Shown: piece after piece, positions 1 through 6,210 of the stretch
Layout of the letters: the number at the start of each line of letters is the position of its first letter
Position numbering within the stretch: position 1 is the first letter of the stretch
Assembly: GCA_000433255.1 (NCBI GenBank)
Contig: HF998225.1
Location: 19,063 to 83,062, forward strand
Direction: 5' to 3'
DNA from: Coprobacillus sp. CAG:605
GTDB lineage: Bacteria; Bacillota_I; Bacilli_A; RF39; UBA660
Length of the DNA stretch: 64,000 nt
Position numbers and translations under genes: made by a program
Notes under the pieces: model-generated
Database searches by the model: none
The model's input: only the letters and a program-made list of their open reading frames with translations
What the model was told of the DNA's origin: nothing

Positions 1-48
1 TAATTAAAAGAGTTCTTTGTATCAAAAAAGATTAACGCAACACCCACG

Positions 49-1029
49 TTAACCTTTTTTATTTTTTGATTTTTTCTTCTTAACTACTGGTTCGCTCTTC
101 ATTTTTGGCAACTCAGTATCATCGCTCAACTTAACCTCATAGATATCATCATTTATCGTCGTATCATTATTTAACTTATCTAAAATCTTATTCATATTTA
201 AATCTTTTCTTACATAAGTTTCTTCTTCCTCTTTAGCACCCTTATATAAGCTATCTAAAGCATTCTTCTTTAATACTGTTATCTCATCACTAACATCAGT
301 TTTAATTGGTAAATAATTATTATCTTTACCATTATTTTTATTTTCTAACCTATCCTTAATCTTCTTCTTTAATTCTTCCTGTTCTTTCTTATCTAAGACT
401 AATTCTTTCTTAGCATTAATTGTTTTATTAACTTTCTTCTTAGTCTTATCTAAATTAAATATCTTTAAAACATCATATATTACAATACCTAATGAAGGAA
501 TTAATATTAAGAACAACCAACCACCAGATTTAAGTATTAAAAATTGAATTCTTCCTAACTGTGGTATCTTAAACGCAACCTTACCTAGTACTTTATCAGC
601 ATCAACATAGGCATCATCTGGTACTGGGTTATTATCTCCCTTAGTTCTAAATTTAAGACCACTATCAGTCTCAATAACCTGTTTAATTCTATGTGTAATA
701 GTTTCACCACTAGTTAAAGAACTTGAAGAAACAAAAGTAATAACATCGCCCTCCTTTAACTTTGAAGGATCATCTACTTTAACATCAAATACTACATCAT
801 ATACTTTAATTGTTGGTTCCATCGAACCAGAAATAATAGTATACAATGCAAAAGCTGGTTTATATTTTTCCCCCTTATTAGCATACAACTGCGCCGCTAT
901 TACATAGTACACTAAAAATAAAGCAATAATAGCTAAAATTGCAAAAATACTCCAAGAAATAACATTGGATATAATATGAAATACTACATTTTTAGAATTA
1001 ATTTCTTTTTTCACACTATTATGCCCCAA
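49..1029 (-). CDS. sipW: SipW-type (ER/archaeal-type, S26B) signal peptidase I with a long charged C-terminal tail
   Basis: An N-terminal TM is followed by the SGSMEPT Ser box, THRI (His in place of the Lys of P-type SPases) and a KGDNNPVPD box. A second TM and an approx 135-aa Lys/Glu/Asp-rich tail follow. The track start is TTG; GTG at codon 6 is an alternative start. Confidence 0.8.
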   Translation of the reverse strand: MGHNSVKKEINSKNVVFHIISNVISWSIFAILAIIALFLVYYVIAAQLYANKGEKYKPAFALYTIISGSMEPTIKVYDVVFDVKVDDPSKLKEGDVITFVSSSSLTSGETITHRIKQVIETDSGLKFRTKGDNNPVPDDAYVDADKVLGKVAFKIPQLGRIQFLILKSGGWLFLILIPSLGIVIYDVLKIFNLDKTKKKVNKTINAKKELVLDKKEQEELKKKIKDRLENKNNGKDNNYLPIKTDVSDEITVLKKNALDSLYKGAKEEEETYVRKDLNMNKILDKLNNDTTINDDIYEVKLSDDTELPKMKSEPVVKKKKSKNKKG

Positions 1030-1206
1030 TCTTTATACTACTATAATTATAAAATATCTTACTTTTATTTTCAATATTAATTGTACAAAAGAACACCATT
1101 TTACAAGTATCTTCATATTATTAAGTTTTTAAATAATTACTATATATGTATTAATTTTTGCATATTTTGTGTTTTTTTCACAAATTTGCAATAAATATAG
1201 CTAAAT

Positions 1207-1235
1207 ATTAAAAAAGAACACTTTTTCAAGCATTC
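1207..1235 (-). terminator. Putative rho-independent terminator after the TSP3-repeat gene
   Basis: The minus-strand RNA GAAUGCUU-GAAA-AAGUGUUC forms 8 bp (2 G.U) and is followed by UUUUUUAAUAUUU. It starts at the stop codon. Confidence 0.5.
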
Positions 1236-2644
1236 TAATTTGTTTCTAACTTAACATTAGCACTAAAATTCTTATTTTGGTCAACATCTTGATTATTACC
1301 ACTTTCAATAAAACGATAATTAATAACATATGTATACGTACTATTAGCCTCAATTACTTCATTGGCAATAATACTCTCATCTTGATAAGGAAGATTTCTA
1401 CCACTTAATATAACCTTACCATTTCTTGTTATTTCAAACTCTAAGTTATTAGCTTCACTAAATGTATTTACAACATTTATCCAATACAAGCTATATCGAA
1501 CACTAACTGGGTTATTATTATTAACTTGAAAACTTTGAGTTCCACTCCAACCAGGTACTATATTCGAAGTATTTAAAGTCTTAACATCCTGTAATGAAAT
1601 GTAATAAGTATTTTTATCATTATCTAAATTAGCATCACAATTCAAATCACACTTACCATCACCATCTAAATCAACATTTTTATCAGCAACTCCATCGCCA
1701 TCAGTATCTATGTTCTTATCTGGTTTACCATCACCATTAGTATCACAGTTTAAATCACATTTACCATCACCATTAGTATCTTGATTAGTCAAATCCTTAT
1801 CTGGTTTACCATCTCCATTAGTATCACAATTAAAATCACAAATACCATCATCATCAACATCAATATTCAAATCTGGAATTCCATCTTTATTAGTATCAAT
1901 ATTAGTATTAGGTTTACCATCTCCATCAGTATCACAATTTAAATTACACTTACCATCATTATCTGTATCAATATTTAAGTCTGGCTTTCTATCTCCATCA
2001 GTATCAATATTCGTATTTGCTTTACCATCTCCATCAGTATCACAATTCAAGTTACAAACATCACTACCCTTATCATAACAATTTAAATCACAAATATTAT
2101 CACCATCAAGATCAATATTCTTATCCGGAATTCTATCTTTATCTGTATCAATATTAATATCTGGTTTTCCATCACCATCAACATCAATATTTAAATCCGT
2201 TTTACCATCTCCATCTAAATCAATATTATAATCAGGTCTACCATCTTTATTAGAATCACAATTCAAATCACACTTACCATCTCCATTAGTATCTTGATTA
2301 ACTAAGTTAAAATCAGGCTTACCATCTCCATTAGTATCAAGATTAAATGTAGGAATCTTATCATTAAAATAATCAATATTTAAGTAAGGTTTATTACTCC
2401 CCCACTTAGAACAGTTAATTTCACAAACTCCATCACCATTCAAATCAATATTCAAATCAGCTTTGCCATCCCCATCAGTATCTATATTAGTCATCAAATT
2501 AATTTGATAAACATTATATCCCACACAACTACTAAGTAATAACATAAGTAAAATAAGAATAAGAATTAAATACTTCTTCTTTTTACTTTCTTTTTCTTCA
2601 TCATAACTATTATTTTGATTATTATTTAAAACCTCTTTATTCAT
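1235..2644 (-). CDS. Membrane/lipid-anchored protein with more than 20 thrombospondin-type-3-like Ca-binding repeats and a C-terminal TasA-like beta-sandwich module
   Basis: The N-terminus has a KKKK-hydrophobic stretch ending in LSSC, a lipobox-like motif. About 23 D-x-D-G-D-G-K-x-D-x-N-[IC]-D repeats are interleaved with CDLNC Cys pairs. The last approx 130 aa align by eye with ORF 2940-3452 (NVVNTF block). Its start overlaps the upstream ORF by 8 nt. Confidence 0.75.
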   Translation of the reverse strand: MNKEVLNNNQNNSYDEEKESKKKKYLILILILLMLLLSSCVGYNVYQINLMTNIDTDGDGKADLNIDLNGDGVCEINCSKWGSNKPYLNIDYFNDKIPTFNLDTNGDGKPDFNLVNQDTNGDGKCDLNCDSNKDGRPDYNIDLDGDGKTDLNIDVDGDGKPDINIDTDKDRIPDKNIDLDGDNICDLNCYDKGSDVCNLNCDTDGDGKANTNIDTDGDRKPDLNIDTDNDGKCNLNCDTDGDGKPNTNIDTNKDGIPDLNIDVDDDGICDFNCDTNGDGKPDKDLTNQDTNGDGKCDLNCDTNGDGKPDKNIDTDGDGVADKNVDLDGDGKCDLNCDANLDNDKNTYYISLQDVKTLNTSNIVPGWSGTQSFQVNNNNPVSVRYSLYWINVVNTFSEANNLEFEITRNGKVILSGRNLPYQDESIIANEVIEANSTYTYVINYRFIESGNNQDVDQNKNFSANVKLETN

Positions 2645-2885
2645 TTATATCCACCTCATTAACTTTAACATTAACTATATCTTTTACATTATTTTCTTGA
2701 GCCCTTAATTTATTATAATTTTTTAATGTAACATAAGTTGTAATAGTCGAAAAAATCAAAGCCAAAAAGAACAAAGAAATAATTAAATTTAATTTTAAGT
2801 CGTATTCTTTTTCATCTTTTTTTACTAACTTGCCTATTTGTTCATCAAACTTTTTCTTTATTTCTAACGACTCCAATTCATTCAT
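2637..2885 (-). CDS. Small bitopic membrane protein (82 aa), unknown function
   Basis: An AAGGAG RBS lies 8 nt before the ATG. There is a single central TM (LIISLFFLALIFSTITTYV). The ORF is translationally coupled to the TSP3-repeat gene. Confidence 0.6.
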   Translation of the reverse strand: MNELESLEIKKKFDEQIGKLVKKDEKEYDLKLNLIISLFFLALIFSTITTYVTLKNYNKLRAQENNVKDIVNVKVNEVDINE

Positions 2886-2939
2886 ACCCTAGACTCCTTA
2901 CTATACTAATAGTATCACAAAGTAATCTAAAAAACAACA

Positions 2940-3452
2940 TTATTCCAACGTTCTTACTACTAGAGTTGCATCAAAATTACTCATATTATCAATTAATTCA
3001 TTATAATCATTTACATAAATGGTTAGAACATAAGTAACCTCCATATGAGGTGCAATTGTAAAAGTATCTACCGAGTATCCTGATGCGCTTGGTAACATAT
3101 AGGAAGTGCTTATAGCCTCATCATTTCTTGTTAAATTATACATCAACGTAGCCTGATTATTAAAAGTATTAACTACATTTTCCATTGATATATCATATTT
3201 CATCTCTAAGTTAGAATCATTACTTATTTTAACAGTCTTTACAAAAGTATCTCCCGCCGTTATATTAGCTATCTTTATATCCTTACCACCACTATAAGAT
3301 ACATTTAAATTAGCCGATATAATATTTGTCGTACTATTAACACCATCATTAACAATATCATTTGTAAAAAAAGAATAACTAATTCCAACTAATGTCATTG
3401 TTAAAGTAAGTATTATTGTCCCAACTATAATTACCATTTTATTCTTTTCCAT
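2940..3452 (-). CDS. TasA/camelysin-like secreted protein, minor paralogue, with SipW-cognate-type signal peptide
   Basis: The start was moved to MEKNKMVII, which has a GGAAGG RBS. The signal peptide ends in GISYSFFTNDI, matching the A-[YF]-F-[ST] motif class of TasA/CalY. The mature domain is homologous by eye to the C-terminus of ORF 1235-2644. Confidence 0.65.
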   Translation of the reverse strand: MEKNKMVIIVGTIILTLTMTLVGISYSFFTNDIVNDGVNSTTNIISANLNVSYSGGKDIKIANITAGDTFVKTVKISNDSNLEMKYDISMENVVNTFNNQATLMYNLTRNDEAISTSYMLPSASGYSVDTFTIAPHMEVTYVLTIYVNDYNELIDNMSNFDATLVVRTLE

Positions 3453-3577
3453 ATTCAAACCTTCCATCATAATTAATCTTATCATGCTTTGTTCTCTTGT
3501 TCAATTACTTTTAGTATTTTTTGGGCTTCATAGCCCACATCATATATAACACTATCTCAGTAATATCAAATTTTCAT

Positions 3578-3611
3578 CAAAAGAAAAAGCCTAACATTAT
3601 ATCGTTAGACT
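3578..3611 (-). terminator. Rho-independent terminator after TasA-like paralogue A
   Basis: The minus RNA AGUCUAAC-GAUAUAAU-GUUAGGCU forms 8 bp and is followed by UUUUUCUUUUG. Confidence 0.75.
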
Positions 3612-3629
3612 CCAAGTTAATTTTAATAA

Positions 3630-4214
3630 CTATTTTAATGCTGTACCAGCAGCACCAACAATTATAGTTCCACCAAATGATTTACCTTGTAAACTATTTT
3701 GTGCTTTATTAGTTTCTGCAAAATCAACTGTTAATTTATAATAGTTAGTTCCATTAGCTTTTACTGTTAAAGCAGCGGCTTCAGGAATAGCTGTAGTTGA
3801 AGCAGCATTAGCAGCTGGTAATTGCGCAGCAGTAACTAATTTAGTAGTACAAGTAGCATCTTCAGCACCAGTACAAGAATATAGTGTGTAAGTAATATCT
3901 TTTGCATCAGCAGCATCAGCAATAGTGTTAGTTACGCCTTTGTTCCAAACAAGATTAAATTTAGTATCATTTTTTGAACTATTAGCAACAGTAAAACGCA
4001 TAGCAGCACTTTTACCTGGTACCCAGTTTGCAACACTAATTGATGATGTTTGAGCATAAGTAACTGCTAAAGTATCAGTAGAAACTGTAACATTATTAGC
4101 AGATTGGTTACCACTAACAGTTGCCGTAAAGTATGCAAATGTTGTTCCTACAACAGCAGTTAATAAAGTTGCAACAGCGATCACACTTAAAAAGATAACA
4201 TTCTTCTTTTCCAT
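3630..4214 (-). CDS. TasA/camelysin-like secreted protein, major paralogue A (Ala/Thr-rich)
   Basis: The start is set at MEKKNVIFLS, 8 nt after a GGAGGA RBS. The track's extra 13 codons are the 5' UTR. The signal peptide ends in GTTFAYFTATV. The mature part is a beta-rich Ala/Thr/Asn domain with two Cys (YSCTGAEDATC). Confidence 0.7.
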   Translation of the reverse strand: MEKKNVIFLSVIAVATLLTAVVGTTFAYFTATVSGNQSANNVTVSTDTLAVTYAQTSSISVANWVPGKSAAMRFTVANSSKNDTKFNLVWNKGVTNTIADAADAKDITYTLYSCTGAEDATCTTKLVTAAQLPAANAASTTAIPEAAALTVKANGTNYYKLTVDFAETNKAQNSLQGKSFGGTIIVGAAGTALK

Positions 4215-4273
4215 AATTCTTTCATATCCTCCTCTATGATTACATATTATCAAATTATGAATTTAAATTCAAG
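4108..4273. repeat. Copy 1 of a 166-bp duplicated block (promoter, 5' UTR and signal-peptide codons)
   Basis: This copy is about 95% identical by eye to 4853-5018. Identity collapses at the signal-peptide/mature-protein junction. Confidence 0.9.
4244..4272 (-). promoter_or_regulatory. Sigma-A-type promoter of paralogue A
   Basis: The minus strand reads TTGAAT-17 nt-TAATAT, followed by an approx 30-nt leader carrying GGAGGA. Confidence 0.6.
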
Positions 4274-4311
4274 TGTTTTCGTCTTATTTGTAAATTTTAA
4301 AATTTACTTGA

Positions 4312-4342
4312 CAAAAAAAGACTAGTTAACAATAACTAGACT
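4312..4342 (-). terminator. Rho-independent terminator after TasA-like paralogue B
   Basis: A 10-position stem with one mismatch (AGUCUAGUUA / UAACUAGUCU) has loop UUGU and is followed by U7. Confidence 0.7.
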
Positions 4343-4356
4343 TCCAAAATTTTCAA

Positions 4357-4959
4357 TTAGTTTAAATGTCCTGATTGAACAGCAGCACTTACAACAACAG
4401 TTCCACCAAAAGTTTGTCCTTGAAGGGCATCTTGAGCAGCAGTTTTGTTATCAGTAAATACAACTTGAACTTTATAATATGCAGTAGCACCAGCAGCTAA
4501 TGTTAAAGTTTCAGCAGTTGTAATATCACCATCAGCATTTGGTAAAACACTTGATGCATGAACTACAATATTGCAAGTAGTATAAGTTTCATCACAAGCA
4601 GAAATAGTATATTGAATATCAGTATCAACTCCACCTTTGCCATTAGTAGCTAAAGATTCAGCAGTCCAAGATTTGTTAACATCTTGCCAAGCTAATTTGT
4701 AATCAACAGCAGATTGTCCACTATTTTTTACATTAAATGTCATAGCAGGAATTGCTTGACCAGGAACTAAATTAGCAATACTTACTTTATCACCTTGGGT
4801 ATAAACGACACTCATGTCAGCAGTAGTAACATTAACATTTTTAGAAGTTTCGTTACCAGTAACAGTTGCAGTAAAATATGCAAATGTTGTTCCTACAACA
4901 GCAGTTAATAAAGTCGCAACAGCGATTACACTTAAAAAGATAACATTTTTCTTTTCCAT
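4357..4959 (-). CDS. TasA/camelysin-like secreted protein, major paralogue B
   Basis: It has the same MEKKNVIFLSVIAVATLLTAVVGTTFAYFTATV signal peptide as paralogue A. The mature part is about 40% identical to A by eye and has two Cys (SACDETYTTC). Confidence 0.7.
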   Translation of the reverse strand: MEKKNVIFLSVIAVATLLTAVVGTTFAYFTATVTGNETSKNVNVTTADMSVVYTQGDKVSIANLVPGQAIPAMTFNVKNSGQSAVDYKLAWQDVNKSWTAESLATNGKGGVDTDIQYTISACDETYTTCNIVVHASSVLPNADGDITTAETLTLAAGATAYYKVQVVFTDNKTAAQDALQGQTFGGTVVVSAAVQSGHLN

Positions 4960-5018
4960 AATTCTTTCATATCCTCCTCTATGATTACATATTATCAAAT
5001 TATAAAATTCATTTCAAG
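4853..5018. repeat. Copy 2 of the 166-bp duplicated block
   Basis: See 4108-4273. Confidence 0.9.
4989..5017 (-). promoter_or_regulatory. Sigma-A-type promoter of paralogue B
   Basis: The minus strand reads TTGAAA-17 nt-TAATAT, in the position homologous to the paralogue A promoter. Confidence 0.6.
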
Positions 5019-5144
5019 CCCTTTTCGTAAATTTTAAAAATAAAAAATTTCACTTTTACCAAATTTTCTGCATTCTTTACATTTACTAGACAAAGTAATT
5101 ATTTATATAATTCATTACGTAATATAATATATTGGAGGTGCAAA

Positions 5145-5981
5145 ATGATATATCCAATAAGATATATAAAAATAACACAATATCCACACAAGAATAACGA
5201 TTTATCAATTGATTTTGGTAAAGAAAAGAATGTTTCTAATACCCCAATTCTTGCTTGTGATGATGGCATAGTAAAAAAAATTGAATATCAAAAAACAGGT
5301 GGCAATGTAATATTTATCGACTTCAATTCTGGTTATCGTGCTTGTTATGGTCATTTAAAAAACTACATAGTTAAACAAAACCAAAAGGTTAAAAAAGGTC
5401 AAATAATTGGTTATATGGGTCAAACCGGAATTACTACTGGACCTCATCTTCACTTTGGCTTATATGACATAACACCAAACATAAATTATGGTCCAGCTAA
5501 ATATGACCCATTAAAAATATTAACAGTTGCACAAGACCAAATAGTAGATAAAGAAACTAAAGAAAAATATTATTTAAAATATGAAGATACTAATAATATA
5601 AAAAAAGAACTATATGTTTATAATGTTGATGAAGAAGGCCTCGTTGTAAGAAACAAACCAAATGGTTTTAAAACTGGAGAATTACTCCAAGTTGGCACCA
5701 AAGTATTAGAGTTAGAACGTTCAAATAACTGGACTAAAATAAATCAAAACAAATGGGTTTATAATAAATTTCTTACACCCAATAAACCAGAATTTTACAT
5801 TGTAACAACACCAAATAATAAAACCCTAAATGTTAGAAATAAGCCTAGCCTTAACTCCCAAATCATTAAAACAATAAAAAATAACACTCACGTCTCTATT
5901 TATAAAAAAATTAATTCCTGGGTTTGTATAAGCCCTACTAAAAATCATTGGATAGCTAAAAATTTCATCAAAAAAGCTTAA
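5145..5981 (+). CDS. M23 metallopeptidase with two C-terminal SH3b-like domains and no signal peptide
   Basis: A GGAGGTG RBS precedes the start. The HxxxD (HKNND) and HxH (GPHLHF) M23 motifs are present. Two approx 60-aa repeats of the form V-RN-KP...W-K/C-I resemble SH3b domains. No hydrophobic N-terminus is present. Confidence 0.75.
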   Translation: MIYPIRYIKITQYPHKNNDLSIDFGKEKNVSNTPILACDDGIVKKIEYQKTGGNVIFIDFNSGYRACYGHLKNYIVKQNQKVKKGQIIGYMGQTGITTGPHLHFGLYDITPNINYGPAKYDPLKILTVAQDQIVDKETKEKYYLKYEDTNNIKKELYVYNVDEEGLVVRNKPNGFKTGELLQVGTKVLELERSNNWTKINQNKWVYNKFLTPNKPEFYIVTTPNNKTLNVRNKPSLNSQIIKTIKNNTHVSIYKKINSWVCISPTKNHWIAKNFIKKA

Positions 5982-5987
5982 CCTAAG

Positions 5988-6022
5988 TATTCCCATTTTC
6001 TCGTAAAATAGGAATATTTTTC
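5988..6022 (+). terminator. Rho-independent terminator
   Basis: A long hairpin TATTCC(C)ATTTT-CTCGT-AAAAT(A)GGAATA is followed by TTTTT. Confidence 0.7.
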
Positions 6023-6033
6023 TTCTAAACCAT

Positions 6034-6062
6034 TTGACAACCGCATATAATTATTGTAAAAT
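6034..6062 (+). promoter_or_regulatory. Consensus-like sigma-A promoter for tRNA-Cys
   Basis: TTGACA-17 nt-TAAAAT ends 13 nt before the tRNA 5' end. Confidence 0.75.
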
Positions 6063-6075
6063 GAATATACAAGTC

Positions 6076-6149
6076 GGGGCTTTAGCCAAGTGGTAAGGCA
6101 CGGGACTGCAACTCCCCCATCACCAGTTCAAATCTGGTAGGCCCCTCCA
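6076..6149 (+). tRNA. tRNA-Cys (anticodon GCA), CCA encoded
   Basis: The cloverleaf was folded by eye. The acceptor stem is GGGGCTT/AGGCCCC, the T-arm is ACCAG-TTCAAAT-CTGGT, and the anticodon loop is CTGCAAC. The U73 discriminator is typical of tRNA-Cys, and a 3' CCA is encoded. Confidence 0.9.
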
Positions 6150-6160
6150 ATAAGTATTTT

Positions 6161-6191
6161 AAGGAAATTCTAGAAATAGGATTTCCTTTTT
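6161..6191 (+). terminator. Terminator after tRNA-Cys (also faces the convergent minus-strand gene)
   Basis: The stem AAGGAAAT...ATTTCCTT is followed by TTTT. Confidence 0.6.
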
Positions 6192-6210
6192 AGTAAAAGC
6201 AAAAAAAGAA

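Noticed and set aside
1620-2480. A long periodic nucleotide repeat that could at first glance be a CRISPR-like or satellite array.
   Set aside because: It lies entirely in-frame within ORF 1235-2644 and encodes the D-x-D-G-D-G-K repeats. It has no spacer/repeat alternation and no cas genes.
4215-4253. The 13 extra N-terminal codons (MIICNHRGGYERI) given by the ORF track for both TasA-like paralogues; the second instance is at 4960-4998.
   Set aside because: The stretch contains the GGAGGA Shine-Dalgarno at ideal spacing before the MEKKNV... ATG. It lies in the duplicated 5' UTR, and the following Met begins a canonical signal peptide.
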